From Nemertoderma westbladi (lineage: Eukaryota > Animalia > Xenacoelomorpha), in NCBI GenBank assembly GCA_032718475.1, contig JAUCBJ010006719.1:1-48507 (forward strand): DNA of 48,507 nt, read 5' to 3'. How positions within the stretch are numbered: the first letter of the stretch is position 1; each line of letters starts with the position of its first letter. The translations under genes were made by a program, and so were the position numbers. Positions 36,401 through 48,507 of the stretch are shown piece after piece. The notes under the pieces are model-generated. The model was not told the origin of the DNA and ran no database searches. It saw only the letters and a list, made by a program, of their open reading frames with translations.

Positions 36401-39400
36401 ATCTACTCTTTCTACCCACAGACCGCTCCCACTAACATCTACTCTTTCTACCCACTAATATCTACTCTTTCTACCCCACAGACCGCTCCCACTGATATCT
36501 ACTCTTTCTACCCACAGACCGCTCCCACTAACATCTACTCTTTCTACCCACTAATATCTACTCTTTCTACCCCACAGACCGCTCCCACTGATATCTACTC
36601 TTTCTACCCACAGACCGCTCCCACTAACATCTACTCTTTCTACCCACTAATATCTACTCTTTCTACCCACAGACCGCTCCCACTAACATCTACTCTTTCT
36701 ACCCACTAATATCTACTCTTTCTACCCCACAGACCGCTCCCACTGATATCTACTCTTTCTACCCACTAATATCTACTCTTTCTACCCACAGACCGCTCCC
36801 ACTAACATCTACTCTTTCTACCCACTAATATCTACTCTTTCTACCCCACAGACCGCTCCCGCTAACATCTACTCTTTCTACCCACAGACCGCTCCCACTA
36901 ACATCTACTCTTTCTACCCACTAATATCTACTCTTTCTACCCCACAGACCGCTCCCGCTAACATCTACTCTTTCTACCCACAGACCGCTCCCACTAACAT
37001 CTACTCTTTCTACCCACTAATATCTACTCTTTCTACCCCACAGACCGCTCCCACTGATATCTACTCTTTCTACCCACAGACCGCTCCCACTAACATCTAC
37101 TCTTTCTACCCACTAATATCTACTCTTTCTACCCCACAGACCGCTCCCACTGATATCTACTCTTTCTACCCACAGACCGCTCCCACTAACATCTACTCTT
37201 TCTACCCACTAATATCTACTCTTTCTACCCACAGACCGCTCCCACTAACATCTACTCTTTCTACCCACTAATATCTACTCTTTCTACCCCACAGACCGCT
37301 CCCACTGATATCTACTCTTTCTACCCACTAATATCTACTCTTTCTACCCACAGACCGCTCCCACTAACATCTACTCTTTCTACCCACAGACCGCTCCCAC
37401 TAACATCTACTCTTTCTACCCCACAGACCGCTCCCACTAACATCTACTCTTTCTACCCACAGACCGCTCCCACTAACATCTACTCTTTCTACCTGGTAAC
37501 ATCTACTCTTTCTGCCCCACAGACCGCTCCCACTGATATCTAATCTTTCTACCCACAGACCGCTCCCACTAACATCTACTCTTTCTACCCCACAGACCGC
37601 TCCCACTAACATCTACTCTTTCTACCCACAGACCGCTCCCACTAACATCTACTCTTTCTACCTGGTAACATCTACTCTTTCTGCCCCACAGACCGCTCCC
37701 ACTGATATCTAATCTTTCTACCCACAGACCGCTCCCACTAACATCTACTCTTTCTACCCCACAGACCGCTCCCACTAACATCTACTCTTTCTACCCACAG
37801 ACCGCTCCCACTAACATCTACTCTTTCTACCTGGTAACATCTACTCTTTCTACCCACAGACCGCTCCCACTAACATCTACTCTTTCTACCCCACAGACCG
37901 CTCCCACTAACATCTACTCTTTCTACCCACAGACCGCTCCCACTAACATCTACTCTTTCTACCCACAGACCGCTCCCACTAACATCTACTCTTTCTACCC
38001 ACTAATATCTACTCTTTCTACCCACAGACCGCTCCCACTAATATCTACTCTTTCTGCCCCACAGACCGCTCCCACTAACATCTACTCTTTCTGCCCCACA
38101 GACCGCTCCCGCTAACATCTACTCTTTCTACCCACAGACCGCTCCCGCTAACATCTACTCTTTCTACCCACTAATATCTACTCTTTCTGCCCCACAGACC
38201 GCTCCCGCTAACATCTACTCTTTCTACCCACAGACCGCTCCCGCTAACATCTACTCTTTCTACCCACAGACCGCTCCCGCTAACATCTACTCTTTCTACC
38301 CACTAATATCTACTCTTTCTACCCACAGACCGCTCCCACTAACATCTACTCTTTCTACCCACAGACCGCTCCCACTAACATCTACTCTTTCTACCCACTA
38401 ATATCTACTCTTTCTACCCACAGACCGCTCCCACTAACATCTACTCTTTCTACCCACAGACCGCTCCCACTAATATCTACTCTTTCTACCCACTAATATC
38501 TACTCTTTCTACCCACAGACCGCTCCCACTAACATCTACTCTTTCTACCCACAGACCGCTCCCACTAACATCTACTCTTTCTACCCACAGACCGCTCCCG
38601 CTAACATCTACTCTTTCTACCCACAGACCGCTCCCACTGATATCTACTCTTTCTACCCACTAATATCTACTCTTTCTACCCACAGACCGCTCCCACTAAC
38701 ATCTACTCTTTCTACCCACAGACCGCTCCCGCTAACATCTACTCTTTCTACCCACAGACCGCTCCCACTGATATCTACTCTTTCTACCCACTAATATCTA
38801 CTCTTTCTACCCACAGACCGCTCCCACTAACATCTACTCTTTCTACCCACAGACCGCTCCCACTAATATCTACTCTTTCTGCCCCACAGACCGCTCCCAC
38901 TGATATCTACTCTTTCTGCCCACAGACCGCTCCCACTAACATCTACTCTTTCTACCCACAGACCGCTCCCGCTAACATCTACTCTTTCTACCCACAGACC
39001 GCTCCCACTGATATCTACTCTTTCTACCCACTAATATCTACTCTTTCTACCCACAGACCGCTCCCACTAACATCTACTCTTTCTACCCACAGACCGCTCC
39101 CACTAATATCTACTCTTTCTGCCCCACAGACCGCTCCCACTGATATCTACTCTTTCTGCCCCACAGACCGCTCCCACTGATATCTACTCTTTCTGCCCCA
39201 CAGACCGCTCCCACTGATATCTACTCTTTCTGCCCCACAGACCGCTCCCACTAACATCTACTCTTTCTACCCACAGACCGCTCCCGCTAACATCTACTCT
39301 TTCTACCCACAGACCGCTCCCACTGATATCTACTCTTTCTACCCACTAATATCTACTCTTTCTACCCACAGACCGCTCCCACTAACATCTACTCTTTCTA

Positions 39401-42400
39401 CCCACAGACCGCTCCCACTAATATCTACTCTTTCTGCCCCACAGACCGCTCCCACTGATATCTACTCTTTCTGCCCCACAGACCGCTCCCACTGATATCT
39501 ACTCTTTCTGCCCCACAGACCGCTCCCACTGATATCTACTCTTTCTGCCCCACAGACCGCTCCCACTAATATCTACTCTTTCTGCCCCACAGACCGCTCC
39601 CACTGATATCTACTCTTTCTGCCCCACAGACCGCTCCCGCTAACATCTACTCGTTCTACCCACTAATATCTACTCTTTCTGCCCCACAGACCGCTCCCAC
39701 TGATATCTACTCTTTCTGCCCCACAGACCGCTCCCACTAATATCTACTCTTTCTGCCCCACAGACCGCTCCCACTAATATCTACTCTTTCTACCCACTAA
39801 TATCTACTCTTTCTACCCACTAATATCTACTCTTTCTACCCACTAATATCTACTCTTTCTACCCCACAGACCGCTCCCACTAACATCTACTCTTTCTACC
39901 CACAGACCGCACCCACTGATATCTACTCTTTCTACCTGGTAACATCTACTCTTTCTGCCCCACAGACCGCTCCCACTGATATCTACTCTTTCTACCCCAC
40001 AGACCGCTCCCACTAACATCTACTCTTTCTACCCACAGACCGCACCCACTGATATCTACTCTTTCTACCTGGTAACATCTACTCTTTCTGCCCCACAGAC
40101 CGCTCCCACTGATATCTACTCTTTCTGCCCCACAGACCGCTCCCACTAATATCTACTCTTTCTGCCCCACAGACCGCTCCCACTGATATCTACTCTTTCT
40201 GCCCCACAGACCGCTCCCACTGATATCTACTCTTTCTGCCCCACAGACCGCTCCCACTAATATCTACTCTTTCTGCCCCACAGACCGCTCCCACTAATAT
40301 CTACTCTTTCTACCCACTAATATCTACTCTTTCTACCCACTAATATCTACTCTTTCTACCCACTAATATCTACTCTTTCTACCCCACAGACCGCTCCCAC
40401 TAACATCTACTCTTTCTACCCACAGACCGCTCCCACTAATATCTACTCTTTCTACCCACAGACCGCTCCCACTAATATCTACTCTTTCTGCCCCACAGAC
40501 CGCTCCCACTAATATCTACTCTTTCTGCCCCACAGACCGCTCCCACTAATATCTACTCTTTCTACCCACTAATATCTACTCTTTCTACCCACTAATATCT
40601 ACTCTTTCTACCCCACAGACCGCTCCCGCTAACATATATTCTTTCTACCCCACAGACCGCTCCCACTAACATCTACTCTTTCTACCCCACAGACCGCTCC
40701 CACTGATATCTACTCTTTCTGCCCCACAGACCGCTCCCACTAATATCTACTCTTTCTGCCCCACAGACCGCTCCCACTAATATCTACTCTTTCTACCCAC
40801 TAATATCTACTCTTTCTACCCACTAATATCTACTCTTTCTACCCACTAACATCTACTCTTTCTACCCACAGACCGCACCCACTGATATCTACTCTTTCTA
40901 CCTGGTAACATCTACTCTTTCTGCCCCACAGACCGCTCCCACTGATATCTACTCTTTCTACCCCACAGACCGCTCCCACTAACATCTACTCTTTCTACCC
41001 ACAGACCGCACCCACTGATATCTACTCTTTCTACCTGGTAACATCTACTCTTTCTGCCCCACAGACCGCTCCCACTGATATCTAATCTTTCTACCTGCAA
41101 ACATCTCCTCTTTCTACCCCACAGACCGCACCCACTGATATCTACTCTTTCTACCTGGTAACATCTACTCTTTCTGCCCCACAGACCGCTCCCACTAACA
41201 TCTACTCTTTCTACCCCACAGACCGCTCCCACTGATATCTACTCTTTCTACCCACTAACATCTACTCTTTCTACCCACAGACCGCTCCCACTGATATCTA
41301 CTCTTTCTACCCACTAACATCTACTCTTTCTACCCACAGACCGCTCCCACTAACATCTACTCTTTCTACCTGGTAACATCTAATCTTTCTACCCACAGAC
41401 CGCTCCCACTGATATCTACTCTTTCTACCCACTAATATCTACTCTTTCTACACACAGACCGCTCCCACTGATATCTACTCTTTCTACCCCACAGACCGCT
41501 CCCACTGATATCTACTCTTTCTACCCCACAGACCGCTCCCACTAACATCTACTCTTTCTACCCCACAGACCGCTCCCACTGATATCTACTCTTTCTACCC
41601 ACTAATATCTACTCTTTCTACACACAGACCGCTCCCACTGATATCTACTCTTTCTACCCCACAGACCGCTCCCACTGATATCTACTCTTTCTACCCACTA
41701 ACATCTACTCTTTCTACCCACAGACCGCTCCCACTGATATCTACTCTTTCTACCCCACAGACCGCTCCCACTAACATATATTCTTTCTACCCCACAGACC
41801 GCTCCCACTAACATCTACTCTTTCTACCCCACAGACCGCTCCCACTAACATATATTCTTTCTACCCCACAGACCGCTCCCACTAACATCTACTCTTTCTA
41901 CCCCACAGACCGCTCCCACTAACATCTACTCTTTCTACCTACAGACCGCTCCCACTAACATCTACTCTTTCTACCCACTAACATCTACTCCTTCTACCCA
42001 CAGACCGCTCCCACTGATATCTACTCTTTCTACCTGGTAACATCTACTCTTTCTGCCCCACAGACCGCTCCCACTAACATCTAATCTTTCTACCCCACAG
42101 ACCGCACCCACTGATCTCTACTCTTTCTACCTGCTAACATCTACTCTTTCTATCCACAGACCGCTCCCGCTAACATCTACTCTCTCTACCATACAGACCG
42201 CTCCCACTAACATCTACTCTTTCTACCCCACAGACCGCTCCCGCTAACATCTATTCTTTCTACCCACAGACCGCTCCCACTGATATCTACTCTTTCTACC
42301 TGGTAACATCTACTCTTTCTGCCCCACAGACCGCTCCCACTAACATCTAATCTTTCTACCCCACAGACCGCACCCACTGATCTCTACTCTTTCTACCTGC

Positions 42401-44301
42401 TAACATCTACTCTTTCTATCCACAGACCGCTCCCGCTAACATCTACTCTCTCTACCATACAGACCGCTCCCACTAACATCTACTCTTTCTACCCCACAGA
42501 CCGCTCCCGCTAACATCTATTCTTTCTACCCACAGACCGCTCCCACTAACATCTACTCTTTCTACCCCACAGACCGCTCCCGCTAACATCTACTCTTTCT
42601 ACCCACAGACTGTTCCCACTGATATCTACTCTTTCTACCCACAGACCGCTCCCACTGATATCTACTCTTTCTACCTGGTAACATCTAATCTTTCTACCCC
42701 ACAGAACGCATCCACTGATCTCTACTCTTTCTACCTGCTAACAAATACTCTTTCTATCCACAGACCGCTCCCGCTAACATCTACTCTTTCTACACACAGA
42801 CCGCTCCCGCTAACATCTACTCTTTCTATCCACAGACCGCTCCCACTGATATCTACTTTTTCTACCTGCTAACATCTACTCTTTCGACCCCACAGACCGC
42901 TCCCGCTAACATCTACTATTTCTACCCTCAGACCGCTCCCACTGATATCTACTCTTTCTACCTGGTAACATCTACTCTTTCTGCCCCACAGACCGCTCCC
43001 ACTAGCATCTACTCTTTCTACCTGCTAACATCTACTCTTTCGACCCCACAGACCGCTCCCACTGATATCTACTCTTTCTACCTGGTAACATCTACTCTTT
43101 CTACCCCACAGACCGCTCCCACTAACAGCTACTCTTTCTACCCACAGACCGCTCCCACTGATATCTACTCTTTCTACACACAGACCGCTCCCGCTAACAT
43201 CTACTCTTTCTACCCACAGACCGCTCCCACTGATATCTACTCTTTCTACCTGGTAACATCTACTCTTTCTACCCCACAGACCGCTCCCACTAACAGCTAC
43301 TCTTTCTACCCACAGACCGCTCCCACTAACATCTACTCTTTCTACCCACAGACCGCTCCCACTGATATCTACTCTTTCTACCTGGTAACATCTACTCTTT
43401 CTACCCCACAGACCGCTCCCACTAACAGCTACTCTTTCTACCCACAGACCGCTCCCACTGATATCTACTCTTTCTACACACAGACCGCTCCCGCTAACAT
43501 CTACTCTTTCTACCCACAGACCGCTCCCACTGATATCTACTCTTTCTACCTGGTAACATCTACTCTTTCTACCCCACAGACCGCTCCCACTAACAGCTAC
43601 TCTTTCTACCCACAGACCGCTCCCACTAACATCTACTCTTTCTACCCACAGACCGCTCCCACTGATATCTACTCTTTCTACCTGGTAACATCTACTCTTT
43701 CTGCCCCACAGACCGCTCCCAATTATATCTAATCTTTCTACCTGCAAACATCTCCTCTTTCTACCCCACAGACCGCACCCACTGATCTCTACTCTTTCTA
43801 CCTGCTAACATCTACTCTTTCTATCCACAGACCGCTCCCACTGATATCTACTCTTTCTACCTGGTAACATCTAATCTTTCTACCCCACAGAACGCATCCA
43901 CTGATCTCTACTCTTTCTACCTGCTAACAAATACTCTTTCTATCCACAGACCGCTCCCGCTAACATCTACTCTTTCTACACACAGACCGCTCCCGCTAAC
44001 ATCTACTCTTTCTATCCACAGACCGCTCCCACTGATATCTACTTTTTCTACCTGCTAACATCTACTCTTTCGACCCCACAGACCGCTCCCGCTAACATCT
44101 ACTATTTCTACCCTCAGACCGCTCCCACTGATATCTACTCTTTCTACACCACAGACCGCTCCCGCTAACATCTAGATCTACTCTTTCTACCCGCTAACAT
44201 CTACTCTTTCTACCCACAGACCGCACCCACTAACATCTACTCTTTATACCCAACAGACCGTTCCCGCTAAAATCTACTATTTCTACACAGACACGCTAAC
44301 A
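21439..44301. repeat. ~22.9-kb satellite of 36/37-bp units and 23-bp truncated units
   Basis: Core CACAGACCGCTCCC(G/A)CTAACATCTACTCTTTCTACC. Short units (CACTAATA / TGCTAACA / TGGTAACA)TCTACTCTTTCT(A/G)CC. The right edge is degenerate. Confidence 0.99.
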
Positions 44302-44571
44302 TATAAGGAGTAACCCGCTCCGTTCCATAAATTCACAATTTAATAACATTGAGAAGAGATATTAATTTGCTGAGATTGGATTTACGTCCAACCACCACCC
44401 CCCCCCCCCCCCCCCCGCTTCCTGTTTCCATAGAACGACATCACATATGCTGTTCATTTCTATGATGCAGTGGTCGGCAGATCGGATCCGTAGTACCTGC
44501 TGGGTGACGCTGTGTTTTGATAACTTTGACTAACAAGATAGTAACTGCAACGTTTACTGAGTGAGAATTGT

Positions 44572-45019
44572 ATTTTATACCACGAGCCGTGCTGCAGTTG
44601 TTTGGCAATACACCCTATATCGAAATTTAATTTAAAAAATATTTGATCAATTTGGGTAACTTGACGCGCTTTTTTCAAGTACACTCACACAAGGTGCGCC
44701 CTTTGTATCTAACAGATAGGACATTGGTTACCAACTCAATGTCACGACGAAACTATACCATCCCATCTCCCATTGTTTGATAGGGGCCCCCTTGTAGTGA
44801 CACTGCTTTCTTCCTATTGACTTTCACTGCATTCCATTGAATATAACTCCCCATACACATACCGGCTCCATGAATGACCCACTCACATAGGAACTTACAT
44901 TAGAGATTCATTTTACTGTTAGGAATTCAGCCAATAGCAGCCGATATTGGCTCAACTAATTCAGTATCGATTTTTGGGTATTAATTATCGCCTTTTTGAC
45001 CCCGGCTGTGGTATAAAAT
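44572..45019. mobile_element. MITE-like element with ~17-bp inverted ends
   Basis: ATTTTATACCACGAGCCG (44572) versus CGGCTGTGGTATAAAAT (45003-45019). Internal AGCCAAT..ATTGGCT hairpin at about 44929-44952. Confidence 0.55.
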
Positions 45020-45096
45020 CATTAACCGTGTGTTAGAGCTATTATTCTCTACATTATGTGATACCGGTTACTTTTATGTAGTTTGTAGTAATTTGT

Positions 45097-45178
45097 ATGG
45101 CAATGTCGTTCGTGGTTATTTTTCTTTCTGCTTTGTGTTTAGCTAGTGCAGCTCCTCTTAAAGAAACATCAGATGAAG
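45097..45178 (+). CDS. Exon 1 (signal peptide) of a secreted His/Val/Gly-rich protein
   Basis: MAMSFVVIFLSALCLASAAPLKETSDE followed by donor G|GTGAGA (phase 1). Confidence 0.85.
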
Positions 45179-46176
45179 GTGAGAAAATTACAGTTAATAC
45201 TATTTAATTATTTCTTATGCTAAAACACATTATGTAGCCGTAGCGTAGCATTTAATAATATTCTGGACACTATCATACTAATAGTTATCTATAATAAGGC
45301 CTGTGATTGTTGGTGTATGCCGACTTACACACTTTTTTTTTTGATAAGTCTACCTGTCTGAGTTTTATGTACGAAATTTAACGCCCATGTAAAGAATATC
45401 CGGTTTTCAATTTTCGGTTTATATAAGCCTATGAAGAATTTGTATATTTCTCATTTAACTGTTTTATTGCGCTAAATTTTTTTATGTTTCGTTTATTGTT
45501 TTGGTTAGAATTCAGCCTTGCTGAAACCTGTATTTTTTGTTAAAACCTGGTGTTCTTAATTAAAAGTGAATTACAAAGTGGGTAAACTGCAAAGTGAATA
45601 TAACGGCAGCAGGTTTACATTACATGGGTCCGTTTTTTATATAGTCCTAGTCTGCTTGTGTGTTTGGGGACCAGAATCTGCACTGCACTCGCACTTCTAC
45701 GCACCAACCTGCCAAGTCAATGGTAAATAATTCAAAATGTTGGGGTGGGGAAATGAGATCTGTTACTGATGTCCGAGAAAAGAATGATATAGTTGCCGAT
45801 ATTTCAACCAAACAGTCAATCAATCAATTAATCAATTTATAAAATAATTACAAGATACCAATACCGGGCTGAACTCGGACCGTGTGCTATCTACCGACTA
45901 ACTACAGACTACTCGAACTACAGAGACTACTTCCTATAATGTATAACTATTAGCCATCTAATTATATTTTATTATATAGGCCTACCGGTAATTAAATATT
46001 ACGCTTTCTTTCTTAAAAATTCAAAATTGGAACTACATGGCTTCAGTTTGGTTCAGGTTTGAATGATAATGAATATTAAAATTAAATAATTTTATTAATT
46101 AAATGATAGGTTTCTGTTTGTCACTCAAATACTAATTTTTGTTTATTTTTTTGAAAACAATATTTATTTTTTGTAG

Positions 46177-46940
46177 ACGATTTGGAGACCAGATCCATAG
46201 GTTTCGGGCCGGATATCGGCCGTTCGGTAACCAATGTGTACAACCAGGACCTCGGCGACGTCTACCGCCCCGTAGTCAGCGAATCGGTCCACCACATCGA
46301 CCGGGGGATGGTCCATCGTCCGGTCCATTCGGTCCATCACGTGGACGCCGGACGGATAATCAAACCGGTCCACTCGGTTCACAGCGTGGACGCGGGCCCG
46401 ATCCTGAAGCCGGTCTACTCGGTCTCCTACAAGGAGGTGGGTCGGCGGACGCGACCGGTGCACACGGTGCGGAACGTCGATATGGGGCGGTTACTGCGGC
46501 CGGTGCATACGGTGCACCAGGAGGCGGTGGGCCGGTTGGTGCAGCCGGTGGTGCAGCGGAGGGTGCACCAGCAGCACGTGGGGAGGTTGGTGCGACCGGT
46601 GGCCGAGACGGTGACCGCGGTGCGGAGGGTCGAGGTGGGGGGTGTGGGGGTCGTGGGAGGGGGTGTTGTGGGAGGGGGGGTTGTGGGCGTCGGGGCGCTG
46701 AGGGGGGTGGGCGTTGGGGCAGTGAGGGGGGTGGGCGTTGGGGCGGTGCGAGGCGTCGGTGCCGTGGGCGTCGGCGCCGTGGGCGTCGGTGCCGTGGGCG
46801 TTGGAGCCGTGGGCGTCGGTGGCGTGGGCGTGGGTGGCTACCCACCCGGTATACACTCCCCCCATTACAACTACCACCCCGGACATAAAACCTACCCCTA
46901 CAACCCCAACTATCCTTACTTCCATCACTACAGAAAGTAA
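46177..46940 (+). CDS. Exon 2 of a secreted His/Val/Gly-rich repetitive structural protein
   Basis: Acceptor TTTATTTTTTGTAG|AC joins exon 1 in frame (..SDEDDLETRSIG..). About nine 15-17-aa repeats like VHSVHHVDAGRIIKP, then (GVGAV)n and a Y/H/P tail. AATAAA at 47039. Confidence 0.88.
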
Positions 46941-47054
46941 ATAAACTCTCATCGCTAAAAGAAAAAAGAAACACGAAAAGAAGAAACAATAACTCACCAA
47001 CATATGTTTATTAAACTCCATTAATTTCATTAATGATTAATAAATTCCATCTCA

Positions 47055-47360
47055 GCTGGTTACCTTCTGTGCTCAGCGACTATTATTAGCTTCGCTTAGC
47101 ACAATAGTGCTTAGCTAATGTTTAGCATTCATTCGCCGCGACTCTTGTCTTTATATTCGTTTTGCGTAAACCCGCTGGTTACCTTTGTGCTCGGTATATT
47201 TACTGTAACTTAGCACAATAGTGCTTAGCTAATTTAAGCAATTATTTGCAGCTGTTTATTTAATTTATTGCTCTACTTATAAAGTTTTACTATAGATGGC
47301 GAGGTTTAGTTGTGCTCAGTAATAGAGTATCTTAGCACAATTGTGCTTAGCAAATCTTAG
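47055..47360. repeat. Three degenerate ~120-bp repeats with a conserved palindromic core
   Basis: CTTAGCACAAT(A/T)GTGCTTAGC at about 47095, 47209 and 47331, each preceded by TGTGCTC(A/G)G. Confidence 0.75.
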
Positions 47361-47697
47361 TACCATATTGCTGCTTGTAGTGACTTGTTTCTCGATATTA
47401 GCTTCCTCTGTTAGATTATTACCTGGTGTACCTAGTGTTTCCAATAAACTCATTTTTAATTACAACCGGTGATATAAAGGTTATGAAACTTCAGCTCATA
47501 CGCAGTGGGGTAGGGGGGGGGGGGGGGGGGGGTCTATAATTCCACCGTTCTACTAATAAATGATTTACTTAGAAAAGAACATCAAGAAAGAACCTTCGGG
47601 CAGCATAACTGCAAGGCCATCTCGACTACATTATTCTAAATGGCTAGCTTAACTATGGCTAGTTATATATTGGCTTCCGACACACTCAAACCCCCCC

Positions 47698-47728
<31 letters not shown>

Positions 47729-47829
47729 AGTTGGAAGCGGCTATGGTATGATTATAACTGTTCGCTTCTGACTTGTAGTTTTGCCTCGCCTCACACTATA
47801 AAACATTCCATTATTTATTTGGGCCTCAG

Positions 47830-47953
47830 GAATTCTTAGCCCGCAAAACAATAACGTTTATTGTTTTGGTTCCCCCAATACGCCTCTGAAACCTTGCTCC
47901 TTTACTAACCTGATCCTTTAATATTGCTAAGAATACTCTCGGGCTAAGAATTC
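47830..47953. mobile_element. Small MITE-like element with 14-bp perfect inverted repeat
   Basis: GAATTCTTAGCCCG (47830) / CGGGCTAAGAATTC (47940). Confidence 0.55.
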
Positions 47954-48507
47954 ACCCAACCTTTATTTGGTTAGACAAGAATCTCAGGCGTCACCCAAGT
48001 TTTACGCTAGTTTTACAATTATAAACGAATAATTGCTATTCCCGTCTGTCATTTAACACCGCAAGAATCGAGAGTTACTAAGTCTGAAATTATCTCATAT
48101 CATAAACAACAATAAACTAAAGTCAGAACAGGTTAAAGTTTTATTCTTGGGAGTAATCCGCTGTTATTTGGGTCGAATTACCCCTGGAGAGGGTTGAAAT
48201 TTGTTTGCTATCTGTTAATTAGTTGCTCACTTCTTAAAAATAAATTCCGCATCCTTAATTAAATCTCCAATTTATTAATGTAACAAACAATTATTTGTTT
48301 TACATACTTTACCTACCCTACCATATCATTGTTAATATATCAAACCTATTTATTTACACTTAATCAATATTATCTTTTTAAATTCTCTAATAACACAGGA
48401 GCTATTATTGTTAGTCGGCAATATAAATCAATAATTCATCCTAGGTAATCCCATGTTACACACTAACGGATCAATATCATTGGCTAATATACAACATCCC
48501 CCGGCCC

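Noticed and set aside
21383-43747. Repeat ORFs (VERVDVSGSGLW / HRPLPLTSTLST)
   Set aside because: By-products of a stop-free 36-bp unit. They are broken constantly by 37-, 35- and 23-bp units.
46139-47030. Alternative-frame and antisense ORFs over exon 2
   Set aside because: Shadows of a GC-rich repetitive exon. Only the 46182 frame splices to the signal peptide.

Overview
Eukaryotic (most likely invertebrate animal) repeat-rich window. Left to right: an apparently intact CR1/L2-group LINE (ORF1 plus PHD-APE-RT ORF2, minus strand); a kelch-like ORF and a hAT-like terminus; a frameshifted iridovirus-type VLTF3 gene (endogenous large-DNA-virus fragment); a decayed BEL/Pao integrase with an LTR-like promoter and a tRNA-like stretch; a split ORF encoding a DEDDy 3'-5' exonuclease followed by three CCHC zinc knuckles; a ~4.4 kb block bounded by ~145 bp inverted repeats and flanked on both sides by tandem arrays of hairpin units (41 bp and 62 bp), containing a TA-site MITE, an LRAT/H-NC-like gene, a broken piggyBac transposase and an orphan ORF with Rep_trans-like motifs; a ~22.9 kb 36/37/23-bp satellite; and a two-exon host gene for a secreted His/Val/Gly-rich repetitive protein. 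All family calls come from reading motifs by eye; no database search was run.
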